Shown here: positions 1 through 12,612 of the stretch, piece after piece | How the letters are laid out: each line of letters begins with the position of its first letter | Numbering within the stretch: the stretch's first letter is position 1 | Assembly: GCA_002633005.1 (NCBI GenBank) | Contig: NMRA01000193.1 | Span: 4,641-68,640 of the forward strand | Direction: 5' to 3' | DNA length: 64,000 nt | Source: Phoronis australis | Taxonomy: Eukaryota > Animalia > Phoronida | Notes under the pieces: generated by a model | What the model was told of the DNA's origin: nothing | Databases searched by the model: none | Seen by the model: only the letters and a program-made list of their open reading frames with translations | Translations under genes and position numbers: made by a program

Positions 1-980
1 TGTCGGCTTGTGCACACAAAAACTGTGAGTTAACCGGCACTCACCTTGCACGTTGCAGCCGTTTAAGTGAAAAACTATATAGTTAACGTCATTGCATAAT
101 CCTCCGCCTTTTGTAACAAAAAAGTCTGTCGTCGATGACCCGCACACGCACTCACTCTCATACGCAGACGAACATCAAAACAAACGTCACGTTACAACAA
201 CGTGTGTTCATCCAGAGATTTTTCTCGTGTTGTGGGATACGATGTAGCGCAGATTTGGACTTAATCACAATTAATCTGGACTCCACATGAGCTTTAAAAA
301 TTGTAAAACATAAGGAAGATTTCAGGTAATTTGTTGAGTCGAAACTATATTTTTATTCAAGAATTCAAGTTTTCCTATTGACGATCGCGATTCAACGACC
401 TATCAGTCGGCAAGTTTTCGCCCTAGGATTTCAGCACAATTTTTTGAAAAATGATCGTAATTTAACAACGGAGTTTGATAGCAATGCACCACAATTTTGT
501 AGAAAGGCTGTCATAGGCTACAAATACGTCACAGAGCATAAGTTTGATGAATCTTAGCTTCCGATTTTACCCGGCGTTTCGGAAACCGGGTTTCAAGTGC
601 CTTAGGCTACAAAAAGCGTCCCCTCCCCGTGAAATTAATTTTTCTAAGCGCTATTAGAGCCAATACAGTATACATCTTTCCACCAAGGCTAGGTGATGCA
701 ACGAAATTATTCTTTGTTGCATTAGTTAACTGGTCTTGGCTAATTATTGTTTTATGGCCTGGTCATCCATTCAGCCAAAAGTAGTTCCATAGGTGGCTTA
801 TCAGCCAATTATTCACGCATGCTGACTCACAATAGAAGCCTGATAAGAGTGAAGGTGGATAAATGCGGTGTTCCTACAGTTTCTTGTGGTAGTGGATGTG
901 TTCACGACATGAATATATGCAGTGTATCATCATCTAGAACAACTCGATCAGCACGGTAATAACTTTTCTTACTTTAGTAT

Positions 981-1235
981 CATGCGCGCACCCGGGGGGG
1001 GCTCGAACGAGCCCCCCCCCCAATTGGCAAAGTGGGCAAAAAAAGGTCCGCGCCTCCGAGAGACAAAGACCGAGAAAATGGGACAAAAGCCCACTAAATA
1101 CGCACAAACGCGCAATTTACAGAGGTGCTCCTTTTTTCTTTTATTTTTAGTCCCCCGCCCTATTTTGTTAGCAAATGGTCCACCGACAACGTCGAGAATT
1201 CGAGCCCCCCATATCGAACACTGGGTGCGCGCACG
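981..1235. mobile_element. MITE with TIR CATGCGCGCACCC/GGGTGCGCGCACG and 5-bp TSD AGTAT
   Basis: TIRs at both ends; agtat at 976-980 and 1236-1240. Confidence 0.75.
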
Positions 1236-1849
1236 AGTATGTGATACTTCTTCAATTTGAACAAGAACTTGTTAAACTTAACACCTACCTCATGAATTTT
1301 TGCATGATATAGAAGTGGCCGGGCTGTGATCACAAGTTGTAGTGTACGTACCCTTTCACACAACTGATCTGTGATGCATTAGGCCATAAAAATTTATTTG
1401 GTGGTTCTTGTGCAAAAATATTTTAGATTACAAACCTGGAACGATGGTACTTTGAAATGACCCAGCTTTTACAGTTATATGACAACCTTCATTTTTCACC
1501 ACCAAGTGGCCACCGAATATGGACCTTCTTGATTGTGATTTGCCCGTATAGCTAAGTATATATTGGATCTTGTCTATCTGACTCCTCATACTTTTTATTA
1601 AAAAATCATCAATTTTGTTAAGGTGTTGGTACGGTGTTGCAGTAATTTTCATCCTAATATGACTGTACAACATGTGCTTGTAATCAAGTTGACCACGACT
1701 TGAGTAATAGCATAGTGTACATACTGCGCTGTGTACACTAGCACTGAACATGGGTTTGTTTTGTTCGGTTTTGAGTAGTTTTGGGCAACTGCCTAGTGAA
1801 TTTTCTCTGAGTTTCGAGTATTTCACTGAGAAGGTATTGAGGTTGGGGT

Positions 1850-2016
1850 CAGTGGCGGATTTAGGGGGGGGGGGGGCAAGGGGGCCATGGCCCCCCTAAA
1901 ATTCTACTAGATTCCATTTGGCAGTTCGGGTGTGCGGATGTCTGACGGGCTAAATCCTAGCCAATACTCTACCCGCCCTAGCCCCCCTTAACTCAAAACT
2001 CCTGGATCCGCCCCTG
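1850..2016 (+). mobile_element. GC-rich hAT-like MITE (family A), 5-bp TSD GGGGT
   Basis: Ends CAGTGGCGGATT...GGATCCGCCCCTG; ggggt flanks both ends; homologous to 40797-40950 and 55555-55696. Confidence 0.8.
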
Positions 2017-3327
2017 GGGGTTTGGCTGAAACTAGGAGCTGGTTCCTAGGCTTGAAATACCCACCCGTCAACATTTACAGGACAAAAATACCACCCACTT
2101 TCAATGATATACTTCTTTTAAGAAGGACCACTCATAATTCATTAAAGTTTTCTTCAAAAGAGGACCACCCATAAATTTTTATTTCAACTGCCGCGCCCCC
2201 TCCCATACCGATTTTGCTTTGAACAGCAGAGTTACTCATCGTGCTACTGTTGAATTTAATTACTGTAAAAGAGGTCCAAATCAAAAGTAGCATCTTCGAT
2301 GGAATGTGGGCGGGTTTACAACCACTTTTAAGTCTTTCCGGCAATCTTTACCCTCTGACACAGCGCCACCTATACTGAAAAGTGGCCCTGTGGAAACATG
2401 ATGAATGAAACACGAAATTCTGTGTGTGGGCATCAATGAGTATGCTTGGTTGGAAGTTTATCGATCACATCGCCACCACTTGCGCACGCGTTCTATGCAC
2501 TGAACTTTTTTGCGCTTAAGTCATTGGATCGGGGAGTTTCCTTGATTTCCTTCGATTACAATCAGTTTTAATAAACTGCAACAATTCAAGTCAAAGGTGG
2601 ATTACAACTATTCAAGTCAAAGGCGGTCGCCATACTACGTAACAGTAAACTGAAAGGGGTTTTCCAGATTTCAACCAATGGGAGTGACTGAATGTTATGA
2701 CGTTGGTTTCATAACTTTAACCAATGAGAAGCCACGTTAAAAGCGAAAAACATGAACTAATCACTGTAGATGAGAATTGAACTGCTGGAATTTGTAAAAC
2801 TGCCACGTGCAAGTGCTGAAGCAACATGACTGTAGTTGTCAAAAGTTGGTTGATGAATTGTTTACGCTGTATTTCATGACAACAGTTATTTCAAGTTTGT
2901 TCTCTTGGTGGCATCACCCCACAATAACGAACAGCTGAAGCACATAGTATTGTTATGTTAGAGGAAAAGACACTCCCGGAACAATTAGTAAAACCCGTCA
3001 CTCATTTTACAGCATCTATCAACTATCACCGCTACTGGACAAGTGAAACGAACCCCAGTTTATTACGATAAAACAAGATGTCCGAGCTGATGATAATTAA
3101 GTCATAGATTCCCTTTCTGTGTAGTTTCCTCTTCTGTACATCAACAAGATTGTTACCTACTTTTCTGTAACCGTTTTAGTGGTGTTTTGAACCTTTGGAA
3201 CATCAACAAATAACTGTATTTTTCAGTTTTGTAGTATAAAGCACTAGAAAAACAACAGCAGCATCGTAAGTGAAATCTCCGAATTCAGCCTTTCTAGTCT
3301 TTTAATGAGAGTCAGTGATCAGTGTTA

Positions 3328-3768
3328 TCACTCCTTGTTGGTATTCTCAGAGTCATACACAATTCTGATGCATAAACTGCATGACTGACAACTAACAAGA
3401 TCCACATGAACTGACACGTCCATTCTTGTCAATAAATATTCTCCACCACATCTGCAGCCATAACTGAACACGCCATCTTCCAGGTCAAATTCATTTACAT
3501 CAATCGTATCTTGAATAGGAAATTTCTGACAAAGCGTTCTTTGCCGCCACCTAGTGTCATACTCGGATTTAAGATCTTGGTTACTTAATATGTTCCATGC
3601 TTTTTTTATGGTGATAAACTTGTGCGCGGCCAGTTCGCTAGTTTGTTCTGCGCAATTTGTAGATATTTTGTCCGGGTGATGCAGTAGCATTAACTTCTGG
3701 TATGACTTCCTAAGCTCCTCCTTAGATGCATCACAAGAGCAGTTCAGTATCTCATAAAGGTTCTCCAT
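3328..3768 (-). CDS. DNAJC24: DnaJ homolog subfamily C member 24 (Dph4, diphthamide biosynthesis), 146 aa, single coding exon
   Basis: MENLYEILNC... J domain with HPD motif (LLHHPDK) plus C-terminal CSL zinc finger (CRCGG...CQSCSL). ATG at 3768 lies just after an acceptor (ctttcag, exon starts 3773). An upstream minus-strand donor G|GTAAG at 4054 implies a 5' UTR exon. Confidence 0.95.
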   Translation of the reverse strand: MENLYEILNCSCDASKEELRKSYQKLMLLHHPDKISTNCAEQTSELAAHKFITIKKAWNILSNQDLKSEYDTRWRQRTLCQKFPIQDTIDVNEFDLEDGVFSYGCRCGGEYLLTRMDVSVHVDLVSCQSCSLCIRIVYDSENTNKE

Positions 3769-4054
3769 TTCTTCTGAAAGAACAATAGCACATGGAAGTA
3801 TAGTGGTAATTATCAAACTTGACGACTTTGTTTTTCAAATGAAATTTTACAGTCTTTGGTATATCAATCAGTATAAATTTTTTCATAATAACACATACGT
3901 TAAAAGTTTAAAACAACACATCGCACACATGCTCGATACCCATGGTATGGCATGTTCCTCTACTGCGAAGAGACAGTCATATATCTCTCTAAAAATATTT
4001 TAAAATGCAATAATAGAATTTATCTTAAATTTAATCAGGGACTCCTTGACTTAC

Positions 4055-4503
4055 CCTGCTATCTTTTTCCAATAAGTCAGTAACCAACTGAAAACAGACC
4101 ATCGCAACTCACAACACAACAGACACTGCCTGGTATGGCTGGTAGCACCATCGATACTCGCACAGACGGGCGACCCGACAACTCTGGCTGATTTTCCCTA
4201 CCTCAGGCAAGTCAGTGGCTGGGAGTGTGGCGCACCGACTAGAAGAAGACCTTTATTCTGGCTAAATGGATTGAGTGTCACAAAGAAACAACCATCTAAT
4301 TGCCCTCAAGTTTAGAAAACATACTGAGGATACGCTCGGAGGCCCCACACTGAATCCCCACAGAACCACACGTTTCCCTTCCAGAAAGCAGAAAACACGA
4401 CCAGAAGCAGAAAACACGACCAGAAAAGCGGATATTGCGTACTGCGCATTACATGAAAAGAAAACTTCCGTCTGTCTGTTCCGTCCAAGTATCACTTTGC
4501 AAG
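4055..4503. promoter_or_regulatory. Putative bidirectional promoter and 5' UTRs for DNAJC24/TMX2
   Basis: ~450 bp between the DNAJC24 5' UTR donor (4054) and the TMX2 ATG. CpG-containing, with an ETS-type ACTTCCG at ~4464. Confidence 0.6.
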
Positions 4504-7500
4504 ATGTATCGCGCAATTTTGGAACAGATTAAGCCCTTTTTACATTTTCATTACTTTTCAAATTTGCTTTTAGCACTGTTATTTTTGATGCTCAAGTTTA
4601 TACCTTGGACTTGTGTCGTTTTATTTGACGATTGTCACTTGGAATTGGTACGTTCTTTGACTTTATCTCGATCTTTTTTCTCAGCTTGTGAGTTGTGCAC
4701 AGATTTGAGTAGTGCCGTTCATCAAACACTCAAACAGTCGTATTGCTATAAGTAGGCCTAAGTTTTGCTCATACAGCCTTAGAAGGACACCTGAGGGGAT
4801 AGTTCTAAAACCCCTTCGACCCCCACACTCCACATCCCTCGACCCTGCCCTGGGCCTGCCCACGACCCTCTCGACCCACAGCCTCTTGTCTTGAGTCCCC
4901 ACGACCCACAACCCCCACGACCTGTGGCAATAGAGCCTAGTAGACTAGAGCTGTTTGTGCGAGTTTTACATATTGCATAATCTTATTACATCGCTGAGTG
5001 ACATTCCCATGAGACATACCTACACGCTAGTCTGCTCTGCCTCATGGCTGGTGATTAAACACAGAAAGTGGCATGAGAACGTGGTCTGAAATAGCACATT
5101 GTGAGAGCGATATCGTTGTTATGGAAATAGCTCCATGAACAACTACCTATAGCCCAGTTCTACTAAACTTAGGGAGAGAGCATGTTAACGTGAATGTACA
5201 TAATTTCACATTTTTATTATCTGCTTTCAGTTGTATACTCATTTACAATATACTCCATGTAACGTTGAAATACTGTTAAGTAAACATTGTGTTTTTTCAA
5301 AATCTGCGAGGCTGATGATCGTTGACCTCTCTGTTCCACCACATGACGGCAGTTAAGTGTTCAAGGAAAGTCACAGTCACTTAGCGATGTAATAAGTTTG
5401 TAAAATACGTAAAAAGTGCAAAAATACCTCTTTTGCCACAGGCCGTGGGTTGAGAACGTCGTAGGTGTGGGGGTCGAGGGGTTTTAGAACAATCTATATA
5501 AAGGGACTCTTTTAATCACTTGCCAAAGAGTAGTTGCCCATAGGCAAGTGATTAAGAGAGGCCTTTATATTACTACACTTACTGCAGATTCACCACATTC
5601 TTCCCAATCCAGTGATTAGTGGTAATGCCGCCTGGAACTCAACATCAGATCGGCCCCCTCTAAATCTGCCTCCTCAGCCATTATGGCTCTATCAATATCA
5701 GGAGGCTGTGTGGTCCCTTTCTGCTGTCGGGAGTAGATACCGTTGCTGGGTGCCAATGTAGTGAAAAATCACCTAGTCCGAACCCGGTACCTCTTGCTTC
5801 AGTGTCGGGCATCCTAACCAGTTGACCAATGTGCCAGCCCATAGGCGAGTTATTGTATTACTACTAGGACACCCACTGCAGATTCACCACAAATCTTTCT
5901 GTTTCAGAGAGAGTATGAGTTGCTCACATTCTTGGGATGTGTTTTGGTTGTCAAAGGCCGTAAACAAGGTAAAGCAAAGATCAAACCTAATTTAAAAAGA
6001 TACTAAGCCTTGTTTTAAGACTATTAACAAATATTTACTGTGGCAAGAAACAAACTAATCTGTAACCCCCGTTCTCTCTTAAAAGTTTATAACAAGTTTG
6101 TTAACTCCATCATGATTAATAAACACTGTGGCGATTTAATTGACGTCTGTGGGGGAAAGACTACTAGTAGCCATCTTGAACCTCACTCTTCAGGCTTCAC
6201 TTTGTGACAAAACAACAATAATTGCAGACAGTCTGGTACACGTTGTGCCAGAGGTGTGCAGGATGCTCAGGCTAGAGACCTGACTCGAGGATCTATCAGT
6301 ATGCCTTGGTGAGACTCGAACCCATGACCTTGAGTAAAGGAAGCGAACACTTGTCCCACTAGGCCACACTGGCCTCCTCCCACTTTGTGACATAGTGAAG
6401 AGTTTTTGCTGAATGATGCTAATTAATTTCTCAAAGGAGGTACTGATCCTACAATAACATGTGGCAGAACCAATATTACGTAAAATTGAGAAAACAGGGT
6501 TTAGTATCCTGTAAATGAAGGTGTCAGTTACAAATGTGATAAAACTTAACTTCGTCATACTGTGAAAGGTCTTCACCTCTCCTGATAAACTTGAGCAGTT
6601 TTGCTTTGCTTCATGAACTATTGTCAGTTCTTCCAAAGCCCATAAATTAACTTGTATCTTACAATGAGCAAATTGAGACCTATTCTTAGATATGTCTTAT
6701 TCAAAAGTGAGTGTTTTATGTCTTTAAATTTATTTTGTTTTGTTGATACTCTTCCAGCATCATCCCAAGACTATTTCTCCACTGTGTGCATGTTTGCTAA
6801 GATACTCAACACTATACTCTTCTTCCGGCAAAACCCTCTGTTGGCTGTTGTCTACATAATCATCAGCATTCGTAAGTTGTCAATAGACTAATCCATTATA
6901 CTTGTTCATCTTTTGTATTATATTTTCTGGCACATGCATTAGTGCTATTAGTTTGCTAATATTTCAATATTATAGTGGTTAGCCCACTTGTACAGACTTT
7001 AGATGTGTGTATGTTTTGTTTTGGAATATAGCACAAAAATGCAGATTGTTAAATGTTTACTGTTTGTAGTTCATTTCTTCAAATTGTCCTGAGACTAAAA
7101 TTGATAATCAATATTGCCAAAGCATATCAATTTTTCTGTCCTTTGTTTGGGGTTTTGTAAGAACCTTTTGACTGTACATAACATTGTCTGGTAAATTGCT
7201 CTTTCAAAGACATTGTTTCCAAGTTCCTTGTGTCCTTTTTTGATGAAGCATATCATCTTGTATCATTTTTAGTGTCTGTCTTGATTGCTTAGGTTTTAAT
7301 CACTCTCAGACTCTTTAAATAAATTTACCTTCACAACTTCTTGGCCAGGTTGAATATTTTTCTTAATTTTCCTTTATTTCTTTTTGGTACGGAGCTCATG
7401 AAATTTGGGATGTTGAAGTGCACCTGTAACTAGAGGATTGGGAAGTGCTCCCCTACAAACTTAAGAAGCCTGTCACAGTGCCTGATTTTTATGAACAACA

Positions 7501-10500
7501 TGTTGTCCTGGTCTTGACTTTTGGTGTTTCACTTCCAGTGCATCTGGCCATGCTTCCGGAGCCAGCGTACTCGGGTCCCGAGGCTATCACATACTTCACT
7601 GGTGACCAGTTGGAGGTAGTGTTAGACTGCTGCTTACAAACGATTCATTGTTTTTGAGTCCAGTGAGAATGTAATTGTTGAAGGCAATGCTTATTAGTGA
7701 AGCCTAGCATTATAAATAACCCACAAATTTTATTGTTTAGATAATTAGAGTTATGTAAGATCCTAGAAAGATTAAAAAAATGGCTAACTTGTTTTCATAT
7801 TTTCGTAAACAGTCAGTAACACTAAAGTTTTGAACCTCAGCTACCAATAGACATTGTTTCAAAAAAGTGTGGGTATTCACAACAATGGTAGAAGACCTTG
7901 AAAAATGAAGAAGTTTAGTTTTGGCAATAATTTATCTGAAATTGTGAGATTTTATTGTGTTACTGTTTTTAAACTGACTATCGTATTTGGCCACAATGTT
8001 TTGTTTGGGTGCTTCACTATCGTTCACTACAGTGATATACCCACACTAACAAGGAACATTGAGTGAATTTTGTGCAAGTTTTGTTAGCTGGGATAGTGCC
8101 TTCTGTACATTCACCAAAGCCAGACAATGCTTTTGAATGAGTTTTCTTCCTGAAGTTTCAGTGAGATTGTAATTATATTGAAATGTTTGCGTTTGCTTGC
8201 AGGAAGAGCTGGACCGTGACAAGCGAATCACTTGGATAGTTGAGTTTTATGCTGCTTGGTCGCCATTGTGCGTTAGCTTCGCCAAGATATTCTCAGCATT
8301 ATCAGGAAAGTGAGTACTTCCTGCAAACATTTAAGTCGTGTCTGAACACCATCTGTTGGCCACATCACGTGGCCTAATGAATGATAAGTCTGAAAATTTT
8401 TCTGCCCTGACTGGGACTTGAAACCAGGACCTTGCAGATGGTCTAGCTACTGAGTACTTACTGTTTGAACTGTGTGCAATAGTATAGTATTCTGCCCACA
8501 TATCGTTTCAACTCCCGCCCTTCAACTATTGACGGAAGTTTGTTTAACACTCAGCAGTGCTTACCCTCGACTTCTAAACATCCACGAGACCCTGCAGTTT
8601 TATGAACCATTCTGATGAAAATTTTGTAATATTTTTTTTGAAATGTTGCATTTTTGACATTTCTTGAAAAACACATTGGGAAAGTGAGTGAGTTCTTCAG
8701 TGGTAAACAAAGCTTAGGAAGCTAGTAATGGTTTGCATGTTGTCTCCCCTCCTGTATCACTTATTAAAGAAATTTGTAGTTGATATGAATTCACTATCTA
8801 TTGAAAAGTGTTATCATAATTGTGAGTGCCCTTTCACTGCGCATGTGTTCCCTTTGAAGTAGTCTGAACATACCTTACAGCCATTCACGTTACTAGCATT
8901 TTCACTTCTAATGTATGTGTTAGGAAAAAACTGACATTTTGGCTCGAATGTGAACATAGTATTAGGATTTTGATGATGTATTGTTGTATTGAATGTGTTG
9001 TTGTTGTAAGTGATATGCAGTACAACACAAAAAGTGTTTTCCTGTTATCCCCTGAGATGTTAACAGCAAAAATGACTGATAATAACAATAAGGACGACAA
9101 AATTCTAAACACAGAGTGGCTTAGCCACCTCACTAATGTTTTTGTTAATTCCCCGCCGCTGTCAGTCAAGAGAGAAGACTATTCTGGCATTGAATTTGGC
9201 TTCTGCCCAGCCATCACGATGGGGGAATTCTGGGTCATTTTGTCTGAATACTTTGGGCTTGTACTGTATACTTCTACAAAAACATACGTAATTGCATGTT
9301 AAGTGTGCTCATTGAACCAGATTAACCATACTTTACTAGGAGGGGAATGTGGATTACCTTTATCTTTCAAGATTAAAGGAGTCTTGAATTTTTCAGATAC
9401 TCTCTTGACAATTTGAAATTTGGAAAGGTTGACGTCACGAGATCTCCCAAAGTAGTTGAAAAGTAAGTTTGTATTTTGTGTCTTGTATAGAATGGGATCA
9501 GCTCTGCTGCACCAGTTAGTTCTCTGTACGATCTGGAAGACAGGGAAGAAGGACGTGGCAACCTCTTGAACAGGGGCTGCATTTGAGGCATGGGTTTGGC
9601 CAAAGGTGCCCACTGCCACCTGTCCTTAGTTCATTTTGTCAAGTTGTTAAGAAGGGCTCAGGTGTTCTGAGAATGAGTAAAGTGTGTCATGGCTGTAAGT
9701 AATTGTTTTAACAGTGAGGTTAGTTATCAATATTGTTTTGAGTGTGAAAAATATCATGTAAGCTATTTCCCTCTAAATGCTAAAAATGTCCTCTGTGAGA
9801 AGATGTATTTAATTATGCAAATTTTGTTTTAGTTGGTTGTTAGAATGTGGTAGACTTAAAACTCTTGTGTGATTCCATTTTGTTGTAGGTTAAAGATCAA
9901 TGTGTCACCTTGGTCCAAAAGTTTGCCAACAGTAATTGTGTTTCAAAATGGAAAAGAAAAGGACAGACGGCCATTCACGGATATTAAAGGAAGGACAATA
10001 CGATTTGTATTTAGCGAGGTTTGTACAGGATTGGAGTTATCTCCCCAAAAGTATTGAGGCGACTATTATATGGTTCATTTATACTTAGCGCTATCAACCC
10101 ACAGTACTTGTAAAATCTGCACAATTCCGGGCAAAAATAATTTATAAAATGATTCCCTTTCCACTTTTCAAAGGCTTTCTATGTTGTTAAATATGACAAT
10201 AAACTATTGGTATTGTGTTGTTTGATAGTAGTGATGGAGTCAGGTTTCGTAATGCTTATTTTTGTTTAGAAATTTTAATGACAAGATAAAATGTTGCTTC
10301 TCTGCTATGCTGTGTCAAAAAATCACTACAGTAAAGCATAGATATGCACATGGTTATGCATTCTGTAGATTCAGTCAAGTCTTGACTAAATTGAACGCAC
10401 AACTGATTGCGTAGTATTTTGTTGTAAGAATGGAATATAATTGCAATAGAAATGAGTATACGTCAACAATGATAAGTGGAAAACATTAACATCTGACAAT

Positions 10501-10978
10501 CCCATCTTGAAGCAGTGAAGGGAAACAAAAATATTTTAAGAACTACCTCATCCAGTAGTTATCGTCTAAGTACAGAAATATAATACTTAAATAAAGTTTT
10601 GGTGCATTTTTTAGTTGTACTTGATGTGTTGAAGATCAGTTAGTTACTGTATTGGGGTGATACCAAGTCATATTCAGTTAGTTACTGTATTGGGGTGATA
10701 CCAAGTCATATTCAGTTAGTTACTGTATTGGGGTGATACCAAGTCATATTCAGTTAGTTACTGTATTGGGGTGATACCAAGTCTTATTCAGTTAGTTACT
10801 GTATTGGGGTGATACCAAGTCTTATTCAGTTTGTTACTGTATTGGGGTGATACCAAGTCATATTCTTTTGTTCCAGGCAAACATAATAAGAGAATTTCAA
10901 CTTAATGAGCTTCACCATCAGTGCAAACAGAATCCTTTGCCAAGCAAAAGGCAAAAGGAAGAGAAGAAGGAACAATGA
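4504..10978 (+). CDS. TMX2: Thioredoxin-related transmembrane protein 2, 266 aa; exons 4504-4647, 5908-5968, 6758-6871, 7539-7615, 8203-8309, 9397-9462, 9889-10018, 10877-10978
   Basis: Spliced translation: [10 protein letters not shown]; [12 protein letters not shown]; [12 protein letters not shown]; [23 protein letters not shown] (SXXC pseudo-active site); [10 protein letters not shown]; [14 protein letters not shown]; [11 protein letters not shown]; C-terminal KKEQ (KKXX ER retrieval). All introns are GT-AG and phases sum to 801 nt. Confidence 0.95.
4798..5495. mobile_element. Foldback/MITE with long (~200 bp) imperfect TIRs, TMX2 intron 1
   Basis: gatagttctaaaacccc..cgacccccacac vs gtgtgggggtcgaggggttttagaacaatc; cctgtggcaa vs ttgccacagg; cttattacatcgctgagtgac vs gtcacttagcgatgtaataag. 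No clear TSD. Confidence 0.7.
5760..5890 (-). mobile_element. Degenerate tRNA-derived repeat fragment
   Basis: Minus strand TGGTCAACTGGTTAGG...GGGTTCGGACT (A/B-box-like); flanking segment repeated at ~5536-5598. Confidence 0.45.
6217..6379 (-). mobile_element. tRNA-derived SINE (family B), internally deleted copy
   Basis: Matches head and 3' hairpin/tail of 54697-54936 and 32163-32386. Confidence 0.7.
9020..9265 (+). repeat. Dispersed ~250-bp intronic repeat (family D); other copies ~16070-16290(-), 24180-24445(-), 25555-25790(-), 28930-29185(+)
   Basis: Shared blocks taacagcaaaaatgact, ttagccacct, cccagccatcacgat, gaattctgggtcattttgtctgaatacttt. Boundaries approximate. Confidence 0.7.
10637..10864 (+). 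repeat. Minisatellite, 38-bp unit x6, abutting the TMX2 last-exon acceptor
   Basis: cagttagttactgtattggggtgataccaagtcatatt starting at 10637, 10675, 10713, 10751, 10789, 10827. Confidence 0.95.
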
Positions 10979-12150
10979 ACATAGGGATTTAGACTTTCAA
11001 GTTAGACCACCTGGTGGCAGTACATGGAAACTAGGTCACCGGCACTGTGAGCACAGGGACTATTTTGTGGAAATAACCTCTGTAATATAAGAAACTGCTG
11101 TGTTATTGGTGATCTCGTGTTTAAGAAGTTTGTAATATGAATGTTACCATTGCAGTCTTGGAAGATGACTCAAAAAATGGAAGATGTATTTCTTGATAAT
11201 TTCTGGTTGTGCCAGGTTTTATCTCTTTACAAGATTGTTGAGAATCTGCAGCATTGATGCATGGCATAGGGCTCTGTCACATCAAGCAGTTCTGGGTTCA
11301 ATCTAAAAAGTGGTAAAAAAACAATTGGGAACAGACTAATCACTTTACAATGTGAGTGGATGGTGTCGTATGGGAAGCACATTCCCATCCATCCCAAGTC
11401 TGTCTCATAAAAATACTAGAAGGGCTTAGGAAATTCTGAGAACAGGTTTAGTGTAACAGCACCTTTACTTGAGATGGTTTATTCCAAAAATAATCCTCTG
11501 TGTTCATGTTAGGTCACAGAGTGTACTGTTAGCTGTGTTATATGTAATAACTTGCATGGTCAGTGGACAGTGTGTAGAACTATTTCAGTGTTCAATGTAG
11601 CTACTGTATGTACTGTAAAAACTGCTGTGGGACAAGTTCTGAGTCTGTTACTGTCTTTGTTCTGGGACAGTGATCACAGAAAGTAATGAGACTGCTGCAT
11701 GCGAAGCCGATAAAAGGCAGAGAACAGTAACAACACGAGGAACAACTCATCTGTTATGCTTGTGAACTCACCTCACACGGCTTGAGGACCTGATAGACTC
11801 ACCCACACTTGCTCGAACTCATGAACACGGCTCTCAGATTGATGAACTGAATAACAGAATGTATGTGGCACCCAAAGTTGATCTTGGTCACATTTCAGGT
11901 GATTTCATTTGAGTGATTTGGGAAATTTGTGTTAAATTTTTTCAAAGCGAAAAGTGATGCAATTTCACATCCAATAGATTTTGACAGTTGAAAGAAATCT
12001 GTACAGTGGCTTGTATGTTTAAATGATGGACATGATTTGTTCAGGTAAAGCACTTGATGCAAGAAATAGTAAAATCTCATCATTTTTAGACAAGAATAAT
12101 TGGTAAAATTGATCTGTATTTGTTTTTCAAAGGCTGACAACCTGTTGTGA

Positions 12151-12612
12151 ATGCCCACTGTTTCATTGTTTAATGGTAGTTTTGGTCTAGAACGGCTTTG
12201 CAACATTTTTGGTTTGTTTGCTACCAAATCCACGTACAGTAATTCTAGCATAAGTCACACCCAAACAACTGCAAGATTTCATTAGACTGCAGCAAAAAAA
12301 AAAACGACTTATCTAAAGGGCTGAGAGTGCAAACTGGAACAACCGCACCACTTAACATTGTCGGAATAGAGCAAAAATTCCANTGCCCACTGTTTCATTG
12401 TTTAATGGTAGTTTTGGTCTAGAACGGCTTTGCAACATTTTTGGTTTGTTTGCTGCCAAATCCACGTACAGTAATTCTAGCATAAGTCACACCCAAACAA
12501 CTGCAAGATTTCGTTAGACTACAGCAAACAAACCTGACTTATCTGAAGGGCCAAGAGTGCAAACTGGAACAACCGCACCACTTAACATTGTCGGAATTGA
12601 GCAAAAATTCCA
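12151..12612 (+). repeat. ~231-bp direct duplication separated by a single N (probable assembly/allelic overlap artefact)
   Basis: 12152-12382 is nearly identical to 12384-12612, with n at 12383. Confidence 0.8.

Noticed and set aside
3769-3816. N-terminal extension of DNAJC24 in the ORF track
   Set aside because: It starts at a non-ATG codon and lies mostly in the intron upstream of the 3774 acceptor.
10637-10864. 38-bp repeats (and the 37-bp and 26-bp arrays) as a CRISPR array
   Set aside because: Units are contiguous with no unique spacers, there are no cas genes, and the context is a eukaryotic intron.
10976-10978. TGA as selenocysteine or readthrough in the thioredoxin-fold gene
   Set aside because: The TGA directly follows a KKXX C-terminal signal at the expected protein end, and no SECIS is evident.
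12151-12612. Real tandem duplication in the TMX2 3' region
   Set aside because: The copies are joined by a single N and differ by few bases, typical of unmerged allelic contig ends.
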